Below the pieces are notes generated by a model that saw nothing but the letters and a program-made list of their open reading frames with translations, did not search any database and was not told the origin of the DNA. Shown piece by piece: positions 1 to 12,150 of a DNA stretch of 64,000 nucleotides. Position numbers and translations under genes: made by a program. The first letter of the stretch is position 1; each line of letters opens with the position of its first letter. Source of the DNA: the human T2T-CHM13v2.0 reference genome, Homo sapiens; assembly GCF_009914755.1 (NCBI RefSeq), contig NC_060946.1; one strand, 5' to 3'.

Positions 1-1681
1 CACTCCACTAAATTCCATTCCATTCCATTCCTCCCCACTCCACTCCGCTAAACTCCCCTCCACTCCACTCCTCAGCATTGCATTCCATTCCATCCCTTTC
101 CATTCCACTCAATTCCACTCCACCCCACTCCACTAAACTCCACTCCACTCCATTCCATTCCACTCCATCGCATTCCTTTCCACTCTTTTCCACTCCACTC
201 CACTCCACTGCATTCCATTCCATTCCACTCCATTCCATTCCATTCCATTCCACTCCATTCCATTCCTTTCTTTTGAGAGGATCTCACTCTGTCACACAGG
301 CTGGAGTTCGGTGGCACAATATCACCTCAGATTTCATTTCACCACAGCATTCAATTTCATTCCATTCCATTCCATTCCACTCCACTCCATTCAACTCCAC
401 TCCACTCCATTTCATTCCATTCTACTCCACTTCACTCCACTCCATCCCATTCCTTTCCACCCCACTCCACTCTACTTCATTCCACTCCATTCCATTCCAT
501 TCCATTCATTCCATTCCATTGGATTTCATTCCCCTCCATTCCGTTCCATTCCACTCCACTCCACTCCACTCCAATCCCCTCCACTCCATTTTATTCCATT
601 CTACTCCATTCCATTCCATTCCTTTATTTCGAATGGATCTCACACTGTCACACAGACCAGAGGGCAGTGGCAAAATCTTAGCTCACATTTCATTCCTCCA
701 TTCTATTCCATTCCATTATATTCCACTGCATTCCACTCCATTGCATTTCACTCAACTCCACTCCACTCCATTCCATTCCATGAAACTCCATTACATTCCA
801 CTCCACTCCACTCCACGCCATCCCATTACACTCTACTCCACTCCACCCTACTCCATTCTACTCCACTCCATTCCGTTACACTCCATTCCACTGTATTCCA
901 CTCTATTCCCCTGCTCTTCTCTCCACTCCATTCGACTCCACTCCATTCCATTCAATTCCACTCTACTCCTCTCCATTCTATTCCACTCCACTCCACTCCA
1001 GTCCACTCCACTCGACTCCAGTCCACTCCACTCCATTCCATTCTACCACATTCCATTCCGTTCCTTTATTTCAACTGGATCTCACTCTGTCACCCAGACT
1101 GTAGTGTAGTGGCACAATCTTAGCTCACATTTTATTTCACCATTCCATTCCATTCCGTTCCGTCCCGTCCCGTCCCGTCCCGTTCCATTCCATTCCGTCC
1201 CATTCCATTGCACTCCATTCCATTCCAACACATTCCATTCCATTCCTTCCCTTTGACAGGATCTCACTGTGTCAAAAAAGGCTGTAATAATGTGGCTCAA
1301 ACTCAGCTCACATTTCTTTCACCATTCAATTGCATTCCATTCCATTTCATTTCATTCCATTACACTCCACTCATTTCCACTCCACTCTACTCCCCTCTTT
1401 TCCATTCCATTCCATTCCATTCCAATCCATTCCATACCATACCATTCCACTCCATTCCACTCCACTCCAATAAACTCCACTCCACTCCACTGCACTCCTT
1501 TCCATTCCATCCCATTCCATTTCACTCCATTCCTCTCCACTCCAATCCAGTCTACTCCATTTCCTTCCAATCCATCCCATTCAATTCCACTCCATTCCAC
1601 TCCTTTCCACTCCACTTCACACCACTCCATTCGATTCCATTCCATTCCATTTAACTCCATTCCATTCCATTCCTTTCTTTT

Positions 1682-1737
1682 GACAGGATCTCACTGTGTC
1701 ACCCTGGCTGGAGTGCAGTGGCACTATCTTAGCTCAC
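1682..1737 (-). mobile_element. Alu 3'-end fragment (AluJ/FRAM-like), representative of ~88 satellite-embedded cassettes
   Basis: GACAGGATCTCACTGTGTCACCCTGGCTGGAGTGCAGTGGCACTATCTTAGCTCAC matches the reverse complement of the Alu 3' end (GTGAGCCGAGATCGCGCCACTGCACTCCAGCCTGGGCGACAGAGCGAGACCCTGTC). It is preceded by a T-rich remnant, CTTTCTTTT. Confidence 0.9.
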
Positions 1738-1810
1738 ATTTAATTTCACCATTCATTCCTTTGTATTCCAATGCATTCCATTCCATTTCATTCCATTCCA
1801 TTTCGTTCCA

Positions 1811-1885
1811 TTGCATTCCATTCCATTTCATTCCATTGCATTCCATTCCATTTCATTCCATTGCATTCCATTCCATTTCATTCCA
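1811..1885. repeat. Local 25-bp tandem repeat x3
   Basis: TTGCATTCCATTCCATTTCATTCCA is repeated perfectly at 1811, 1836 and 1861. Confidence 0.9.
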
Positions 1886-3077
1886 TTGCATTCCATTCCA
1901 TTGCATTCCATTCCTTTGCATTCCATTGCATTTCATTCCATTCAATTTCATTCCATCCCATTCCATTCCACTTCTGTGAACTCCACTCCCCTCCACTCCA
2001 CTCAATTCCATTCCATCCCATTCCATTCCACTCCATTCCTCTATACTACACTCCACTCCACTCCCTTCCATTCCGTTCCATTCCTCCCCACTCCACTCAA
2101 CTGCCCTCCACTCCACTCCTCACCATTCCATTCCATTCCATCCCTTTCCATTCCACTCAATTCCACTGCACTCCACTCCCCTCCACTAAACTCCACTCCA
2201 CTCCACTCCATTCCACTCCATCACATTCCGTTGTACCCTATTCCACTCCACTCCACTGCATTCCAATCCATTCCATTCCACTCGATTCCATTCCATTCTT
2301 TCTTTCAAGAGCATCTTACTCTGTCACCCAGGCTGGAGTGCAGTGGCACAATATCAACTCACATTTCATTTCACCATTGAATTCAATTTCATTCCATTCC
2401 ATTCCATTCCATTCCACTCCACTCCATTCCACTCCACTCCACTCCATCCCACTCCACTCCACTCCATCCCACTCCACTCCACTCCACTCCATCCCATTCC
2501 TTTCCACCCTACTCCACTCCACTCCATTCCATTCCATTCCAATCCATTCCATCCCATTCCATTCCACTCCCTTCCACTCGAATCCACTCCATTCCACTCC
2601 ACTCCAGTCCACTACACTCCATTCCATCCCATCCCATTGCATTCCACTCTATTCCTCTCCACCCCACTCCATTCCATTCCATTCCATTCCATTCCATTCC
2701 ATTCCATTCCATACCATTCCATTCCATTCTACTCCAATACGTTCCATTCCTTTCTTTCGATTGGATCTCACTCTCTCACCCAGGATGGAGTGCACTGGCA
2801 CAATCTCAGCTCAGATTTCATTTGACCATTCTATTCCATTCCATTCCATTTTATTCCATTCCATTCCATTCCACTCCTCTCCACTCCACTCCATTCCACT
2901 CCACTCCATTCCATTCTATTCGATTCCATTTCACTCCACTCCACTCCACTCCACTCCATTCCACTCCATCCCATTCTATTCCAGTCCATCCCATTCCACT
3001 CCATCCCATCTCTTTCCATTCTGCTCCATTCCACTCCATTCCACTCCACTGCATTATCCTCCATTCCATTCCACTCC

Positions 3078-3129
3078 ATTCCATTCCATTCCTTTCTGTC
3101 AAAGGAATGGAATGGAATCCATGGGATTC
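3078..3129. repeat. Inverted repeat / fold-back scar
   Basis: ATTCCATTCCATTCCTTT (3078-3095) pairs with AAAGGAATGGAATGGAAT (3101-3118) around a CTGTC loop. A second small hairpin, GAATCC-ATG-GGATTC, lies at 3115-3129. Confidence 0.9.
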
Positions 3130-4925
3130 ATCCTGGGGGATGGAGTGAAGTGCCATAATCTCAGCTATCATTTCATTTCACGATTCCATTCCATTCCATT
3201 CCATTCCATTCCATTCCATTCCATTCCTTTCCCTTCAATTCCATTCCATTCTATTCCATCCTTTCCCATTCCAATCCATTCCACTCCACTCCAATGCACT
3301 CCTCTGCAATCCATTACATTCCCCTCCATTCCATTCCATTGCACTCCATTGCACTCCACTCCACTCCATTCCACTCGACTCCATTCCATTCCATTCCTTG
3401 AATTCCACTCAATTCCATTCCACTCCACTCCACACCACTCCTCTCCACTCCTTTACATTCCACTCCATCACATTCCATTCCACTCCATTCCACTCAACTG
3501 CACTCAAATCCAGTCCACTCCACTCCACACCACTCCACTCCAGTCCACTCCACTCCACTCCATTCCATTCCACTCCATTCAATTCCATTCCTTTCTTTTG
3601 ACAGGGTCTCACTCTGTCACCCAGGGTCTGGTGCAGTGGCACTATCTCAGCTCACATTTCATTTCCCATTCCATTCCATTGCATTCCATTCAATTGCATT
3701 CCATTCCATTATATTTCTTTCAATTCCATTCCATCCCATTCCATTCCACTCCTATGCACTCCAATCCACTCCACTCCATTGTACTCCATTCCATTCCTTT
3801 CAATTCCATTCCACTCCACCCCACTCCATTCTGCTCCACTCCATTCCATTCCATCCCATTCCATTCCACTATACTGCACTCCACTCAACTGCACTCCACT
3901 CCACTTCATTCCATTCCATTCCACTCCTTTCCTTCGACAGGATCTCACTCTGTAACCCAGGCTGGAGCGCATTGGCACAATCTCAGCTCATATTTCATTT
4001 CATCATTCCATTCTATTCCATTCCTTTCCTTTCCATTCCATTCTATTCCATTCCATGCCACCCCAATCCACTCTACTCCACTTCATTCCATTCCATTTCA
4101 TTCCACTCTGCTCCACTCTTCGTCACCAAAATCCACTCCACTCCATTCTATTTTATCCAATAGCATTCCTTTCCACTCCTCGTCCCTTCTCTCCACTCCA
4201 CTCCCCTCCACTTCATTCCATTCGATTCCATTCCATTCCATTCAATTCCACTCCACTCCACTCCTCCCCATTCCATTCCATTCCATTCCATTCCATTCCA
4301 TTCCATTCCATTTTATTCCATTCCATTCCTTTCCACTCCACTCTATTCCTTTCCATTCCTTACATTCGACAGGATCTCACTCTGTCACCGAGTCTGGAGT
4401 GCAGTGGCAGAATCTCAGCTCACATTTCATTTCACTATTCCATTCCATCCCATTCCTTTCCATTCAATTCCATTCCACTCCATTCCCCTCCACTCCACTC
4501 CATTCCCCTCCACTCCACTCCATTCCCCTCCACTCCACTCCCCTCCATTCCATTCCATTCCATTCCATTCCATTCCATTCCATTCCATTCCATTCCACTC
4601 CATTCCACTCCACTCCACTCCACTCCACTCCATTCCATTCCATTCCATTCCATTCGTTTCCACTTCACCCCTCTCCACTGCACTCTACTCCACTTCATTC
4701 CATTCCATTCCACTACATTCCATTCCAGTCCACTCCTTTCATCTCCACTCCACTTCATTCCATTCCATCGCATTCCGTTCCACTCCATTCCACTCCATAC
4801 CACTCCACTCCACTCTGCTATACTCCACTGAATTCCATTCCATTACTTTCTTTTGATAGCATCTCACTCTGTCACCCAGGCTGGCATGCAGTGGCACAAA
4901 CTAGGCTCACATTTCATTTCACCAT

Positions 4926-7900
4926 TCCATTCCATTCCATTCCATTCCATTCCATTCCATTCCAGTTGAGTCCATTCCATTCCATTCCATTCCATTCTAT
5001 TCCGTTCTATTCCATTCCCTTTCAGTCCATTCCATTATAGTCTGTTCAATTCCATTCCATACTATTCCTTTATATTCCATTCCATTCCATTCCATTCTAT
5101 TCCATTCCTTTCCTTTCGAGTCCATTCCTTTCCTTTCGAGTCCATTCTATTCGATTCCATTATATTCCAGTCCATTCCAATCTATTCCATTCCATTCCAT
5201 TCCAATCCATTCCATTCCATTCCATTCCATTCCATTTCATTCCATTGAATTATGTTCCATTCGATTCCATTGCACTCGAGTCCATTCCATTTGAGTGCAT
5301 ACCGTTCCAGTCCATTATATTGGAGTCCATTCCATTCCATTCCATTGGCTTTCATTCAACTCAATTTCATTCCATTCGAGTCTTTACATTCCATTCCATT
5401 CCATTCCATTCCATTCCATTCCATTCCATTCAAAACAGTTCCATTCGGATCTGTTCAATTCGATGCCATTCCTTTTGATTCCGTTCCATTAGATTCCATT
5501 CCATTTGATTCCATTCCATTCGAGTCCATTCCATTCCATTCCATAGGATTCCACTCAATTCCTGTCCTTTCCATTCGAATCCTTTCCAATCCATTCCATT
5601 CCATTCAATTCCAATCCATTTTGTTCGATTCCATTCCGTGCCATTCCATTACATTCGATTCGATTCCATTCCATTCCATTCCATTCCATTTCATTGCAAT
5701 CCATTCCATTCCATTCCATTCCATCCATTCCATTCTGTTCTTGTCCATTCCATTCCATTCCATGCTATTCCATTCCATTCGAATGCATTCCATTCCATTC
5801 CATTTCGTTGCATTCTATTCAATAGCATTCCTTTCGATTCCATTCCATTCAATTCCATTCCATTCCATTCTCTTCGAGTCCATTCCATTCCATTCCATTC
5901 CATGCTATTCCATTCCATTCCATTCCATTCCATTGCATTCCATTCCATTCCAATCCATTCCATTCCATTCAAGTTCTTGCCATTCCTGTCCATTCCATTT
6001 GAGTCCATTCCAATCCACTACAATCCATTTGATTCCATTCCATTGAATTGCATTGCATTCGAGACTGTTCCATTCTAGTCCATTCCTTTTGATTCCATTC
6101 CATTCCATTCCATTCCTTTCGAATCCATTCCTTTCGAGTCCTTTCCATTCCAGTCCATTCCTTTCGAGTCCATTCCATTGCAGTCCTTTCCCTTCCAGTC
6201 CATTCCATTCCTTTCCACTCCATTCGCTTCCATTCCATTCGATTCCATTCCATTCGACTGCATTTCATTTTAATCCATTCCATTGGAGACCATTCCATTT
6301 GAGTCCATTCCATTTAAGACCATTCAAGTCCATTCCATTTGAATGCATTCCATTCGAGTCCATTCCATTCGAGTCCAGTCTGTTCCTGTTCATTGCATTC
6401 AATTACTTTCCATTCCATTCCATTGCATTCCATTCTATTCCATTCCATTCCATTCTTTTCCATTCCATTCCCTTCCACTCGAGACCATTCCATTCCAGTC
6501 CATTCCATTCGTGTCCATTCCATTCCTGTCCATTCCATTCGATTCCATCCCATTCGACTCCATTCCATTCGATTCCATTCTATTCAAGTGCATTGTATTC
6601 GCGGCCATTCCAAAGTAGTCCATTACATTCGAGTCCGATAGATTCCATTCTATTTGATTGCATTCCATTCGATTCCTTTCCAATCGATTGCATTCCATTC
6701 GAGTCCATTCCAATGGATTTCATTCCATTCAAGTCCATTCCATACGAGTCCATTGCATTCCAGTCCATTGCATTCGATTCCATTCCATTCCAGTCCATTA
6801 CATTCGATTCCATTCCATTCCATTCTACTCCATTCCTTTCCATTCCTTTCCTTTCCATTCCATTTGAGTCCATTCCCTTCGAGTCCGTGCCATTTCATTC
6901 TATTATATTCGATTCCATTCCATTCCATTCCATTCCGTTCGAGTCCATTCCGTTCGAGTCCATTCCATTCAAGTCTATTATATTTGAGTCCATTCCTTCC
7001 ATTCCATTCTACGTGATTCCATTCCATTCCAGTCCACTAAATTCGAATTAATTCCGTTCCATTGCACTTCATTCCATCTGATTCTATTCCATTCGATTCC
7101 ATTCCGTTTGATTCCAATCCTTGCCATTCCATGCCATTCGATTCCATTCCATTCCATTCCTTTCCATTCCATTCCATTCCATTCTATTCGAGACCGTTCC
7201 ATTCAAGTCCTTTCAATTTGTTCCATTCCACTTTATTCCATTCCTTTTGATTCCATTCTATTCTATTATATTCCATTCGAGTCCATTCCATTTGACTCTA
7301 TTCCATTCGATTCCAATCCATGCGAGTCTATTTCATTGGAGACAGTTCCATTCCAGTCCATCCATTTCGAGTCCATTCCTTTCCAGTTCAGTCCATACCA
7401 TTCCATTCTTTTCCCTTCCATTTGAGGCCATTCCCGTCCTTTCCATTCATTGTGATTCCATTCCGTTGAATTCCATTCCATTTGATTCTATTCCATTTGA
7501 CTCCATTCCATTTGAGTCTATTCCATTCCAGTCCATTAATGCGAGTACATTCCATTCCATTCCAGTCCATTCCATCGAGTCCATATCATTCCATTCCATT
7601 CCATTCCATTCCGTTCCATTCCATTCGATTCCATTCCATTCGATTGCATTCCATTTTATTCCATTCCTTTTGAATCCATTCCATTCCAGTCCATTCCAAT
7701 CGAGTCCATTCCATTCGATTCTATTGCATTCCAGTCCATTCCTTTTGATTCCATTCAATTTGATTCCATTCCATTCGAGTCCCTTCCTTTCGAGTCCATT
7801 CGATTACAGTCCATTCCATTCCACTCCATTCCTTTCCATTGCATTCCATTCCATCCGATTGTATTCCATTCGAGTCAATTCCATTCAAGTCTATTCCCTT

Positions 7901-10900
7901 CTAGTCATTTACATTCGAGTACATTCCAATCCTATCCATTCCATTTTGTTCCATTCCATTCGAGTCCATTCCATTCTAGTCCATTCCAATACAATCCATT
8001 ACAATCGAGTCCATCCCATTATTTACGATTCCATTACATTACATTGCATTTGAATCCATTCCATTTGACTCCATTCTTTCGAGTCCATTCCATTGCAGTT
8101 CATTCCATTAGATTCCATCCCATTCGAGTCCATCCTACTCGATTGCATTCCATTTGAGACCATTTCATTTAATTCCATTCCATTCGAGTCCATTCCATTC
8201 AAATCCTTTTCATTCAAGTCCATTTCATTCAAGTACATTGCATTCCAGTCCTTTATATTCGAGTATATTCCATTCCATTCGATTCCATTCCATTCCATTC
8301 CATTCTATTCTATTTGATTCTATTCCATTTGACTCCATTCCATGTGAGTCCATTTGATTCCAGTCCTTTCCATTACAGTCCTTTACATTTGAGTCCATTC
8401 CATTCCATTCCACTCCGTTTGATTCCATTCCATTTGATTGCATTTCATTCCCTTCGAATCCATTCCATTCGATTCCATTCCATTCGATTGCATTCCTTTC
8501 AAGTCCATTCCATTGGAGTCCATTCCATTAGAGTCCATTCCATTTCAGTCCATTCCATTTGATTCGATTCCAATCCATTCCATTCTCTTCCATTCCATTC
8601 CATGTGAAACCGTTCCCTTCCAGTCCATTTCATTCAATTCCTTTCCATTAGATTCCATTCCATTCGATTGCATTCCATTCGAGTCCATTCCTTTCGAGTA
8701 CATTCCATTCGAATCCATTCCATTGGAGTCCATAACATTCCATTCCATTACATTAGAGTCCATTCCATTCCATTCCATTCTATTCTGTTCCATTGCATTC
8801 CATTGTATTTGATTCCATTCCATTCGGGTCCATTCCATTCGAGCCCATTCCATTCCATTCCATTCGAGTATATTCCACCCCATTCCATTCCAGTCCAGTC
8901 CATTCCATTCGGTCCCATTCTAATTTATTCCATTAAATTCGATTTGATTCCATTCCATTCCATTCCATTCCAGTCCTTTCTATTGCATTTCATTCCATTC
9001 CATTCCATTCTGTACGATTCCATTCCATTTCATTCCATTCCATTCAATTCATTTACATTCTACTCGATTCCATTCCATTCAATTTGATTCCATTGCATTC
9101 CACTCCATTCCATTCCATTGCGTTCCTTTCCATTCCTTTTAATTGCATTCAATTCAATTCCATTCCATTCCAGTCCATTCCATTCCATTCCATTCCATTG
9201 CAATCAATTCCATTCCATTCAACTCCAATCCTTTGGGGTCCATTCCATTCCATTCCATTCCATTGCATTCAATTCCATTTCATTCGACTCCAGTCCTTTG
9301 GAGTCCATTCCATTCCATTCCATTCCACTCCACTTCACTAAACTCCATTCCATCCACTCCACTTCCTTCCATTCCACTCCTTTGCAATCCATTAACTCCA
9401 TTCCATTCTATTCCATTCCATTCCGTTCCATTCCATTGCATTACATTCCACTCCACTCCATTACACTCCATTCCGTTCAATTCCACTCTTTCCCCTTCCA
9501 TTACATTTGACTCCATTAAACTCCACTCCCCTCCTCTATATTCAATTCCATTCCACCCCATTCCATTCCAGTCTATTACACTCCACTCCACTTCACCGCA
9601 ATCCGTTCGATTCCATTTGGTGCCGTTCGACTCCTTTCAATTTGATTCCATTCCATTTGATTCCATTCCATTCGATTCCATTCCATTTAATTTGATTCCA
9701 CTCCATTTGATTCCATTCCATTCGATCCGTTTTCATTTGATTTCATTCCATTCGATTCTGTTACATTCCATTCCATTCCATTGGATTCCATTCCGTTCCA
9801 TTCCATTCCATTCCTTTCCAGTCCATTCCAATCGATTCCATTCAATTGAATTCATTTCCACTAGATTCCATTCCGTTCAAGTCCATTTCATTCGAGTCCA
9901 TTCAATTCCAGTCCATTCCATTCGAGTTCATTCCATTTGATTCCATTCCTTTCCATTATATTACATTACATTACATTCTATTATATTTGATTCCAATCCA
10001 TTCGAGTCGATTCCATTCCAGTCTATTCCATTCGATTCCATTCTATTCAATTCCATTCCGTTTGATTCCATTCCATTCCATTCCATTCTATTGCATTCCA
10101 TTCGAGTTCATTCCATTCCAATCCGTTCCATTCGAGTCCACTCAATTCCGGTCCATTACGTTTGGGTCCATTCCATTTCATTCCATTCTATTCCATTCCA
10201 TTCCATTCCATTCTGTCCGATTCCATTCCATTAGATTACAATCCATTAGATTCTTTGCCATTTATCTCCATTCCACTCAATTACATTCCATTCGATTCCA
10301 TTCCATTCCATTCCACACCATTCCATTCCATTCGATTGCATTCCTTTCTATTCCATTCCATTCGATTCTATTGCCATCGATTCCATTCCTTTCGATTCCT
10401 TTCCTTTTTAGTCCATTCTATTCGAGTCCATTCCATTCGAGTCCATTCTATTCCAGTGCATTCCATTCGAGTCCATTCCATTCCATTTCATTCCATTAGA
10501 TTCCATTCCATTCAAGACTTCCACTCGATTTCATTCCTTTTGATTCCATTCCATTTCATTCCATTCCATTGCATTCCATTCGATTGCATTCCATTCGATT
10601 CCATTCCGTTAAACTAGATTTCATTCCATTCTATTCCATTCTATTCAATTCCTTTCCTTTCGAGTCCTTTCCATTCGAGTCCATTCTAATTAATTCCATT
10701 TCCTTCCTGTCCATTCCATTCGATTCCTTTCCATTCGATTCCATTCCATTTGATTCCATCCCGATCGATTCCATTCTGTTCGATTACATTCAATTCGAGT
10801 CCATCCAATTGAATCCATTCCATTTCAGTCCATTCTATTAGAATCCATTCTATTCGTGTCCATTCCATTCCATTCCATTTTATTCCATTCGAGTCCCTTC

Positions 10901-12150
10901 CATTCAATTCCATTCCCTTTGAATCTGTTCCATTTCAGTCCATTCCATTCGAGTCCATTCCATTCCAGTACATTTCATTCGAGTCCATTCCATTCGATTC
11001 CATTCTATTCCTTTCCATTCCATTCGATTCCATTCCATTCGATTAGATTCCATTTGGGACCGTTCTATTACACTCCATTCCATTAGAGTCCATTCCATTC
11101 CAGTCTATTCCATTGCATTCCACTCCATTCAATTCTATTCCATTCAATTCCAATTCATTCCAATCCATTCAATTCCAGTCCATTCCATTCCTTTCCTTTG
11201 CATTCCATTCTGTTCAAATCCATTCCACTTCATTCCATTCCATTCCATTCCATTCCAATTCATTCCAGTCCATTCCATTCCAGTCCATTCCATTCCTTTC
11301 CTTTCCATTCTATTCCGTTCAAATCCATTCCATTCCATTCCATTCCATTCCACTCCATTCCATGCCATTCCAGTCCATTCCTTTTGAGTCCATTCTGTTC
11401 AAATCTATTCCATTCCGTTCCATTCCGTTCCATTCCATGCCATTAGATTCTATTCCATTCCATTGTGTTACATTCCATTCCATTCCATTCCATTTGAATC
11501 CATTCCATTATATTCCATTCCGTTCCCTTCCCTTCCATTCGATTCCATTCCATTTGATTTGATTCGATTCCTTTCCATTCTAATCCATTCCATTCCATTA
11601 AATTCTATTCCATTCCATTCTATTCCATTTCATTCGATTCCATTTCATTCGATTCCATTTCATTCAATTCCATTCCATTCGATTCCATTCCATCCAGGCC
11701 ATTTCATTCGAGTCCGTTCCATTCCATTAAATTCTATTCCATTCTATTCCACTCCATTCCATTCCATTCTTTTCCATTCCATTCCTTTCCTTTCAGGACC
11801 ATTCCATTCCTGTCCATTCCATTCGAATCCATTCCATTCCATTTGATTCCATTCTGTTCGATTCCTTTCCATTCGATTGCATTCCATTCCAGTCCATTCC
11901 ATTCGAGTCCATTCCATTTCTATTCCTTTCATTTCCATTCTTTTCCATTCGAGTCCATTCCATTCCACTCGATTCTATTCCATTTGATTCCATTGCATTC
12001 CAGACCGTTCCATTCCGTTCCATTCAATTCGAGTCCATTCCATTCGATTACATTTCATTAGATTCCATTTCATTCGATTCCATTCCATTCGAGTCCATTC
12101 CATTCCATTCCAGTCTATTCCATTCGAATCCATTCTGTTCTATTCCATTC
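4926..12150. repeat. HSat3 domain A type (CATTC with CGATT/CGAGT/GAGTC variants, no Alu cassettes)
   Basis: Dense TCGA and GANTC variants with no cassette. It recurs at ~17821-24775, ~30481-37430 and ~43111-50065. Boundaries are approximate. Confidence 0.88.

Larger units (their letters stand above)
1..4925. repeat. HSat3 domain B type (CACTC-rich, Alu-cassette punctuated), single-copy flank
   Basis: CACTC/CATTC mix with 12 cassettes near 275, 631, 1073, 1255, 1682, 2307, 2758, 3100 (rearranged), 3600, 3936, 4367 and 4855. Confidence 0.9.

Noticed and set aside
4926-12150. Domain A as HSat2 (HSATII)
   Set aside because: It has CATTCGATTC words but lacks the GATGAT-containing 23/26-bp HSat2 units and keeps 5-bp phase, so it is better called HSat3.
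4926-12150. DUX4 binding sites in the adjacent satellite (feedback-loop idea)
   Set aside because: No clean TAAYYYAATCA match was found by eye. A PWM scan is needed before any claim.
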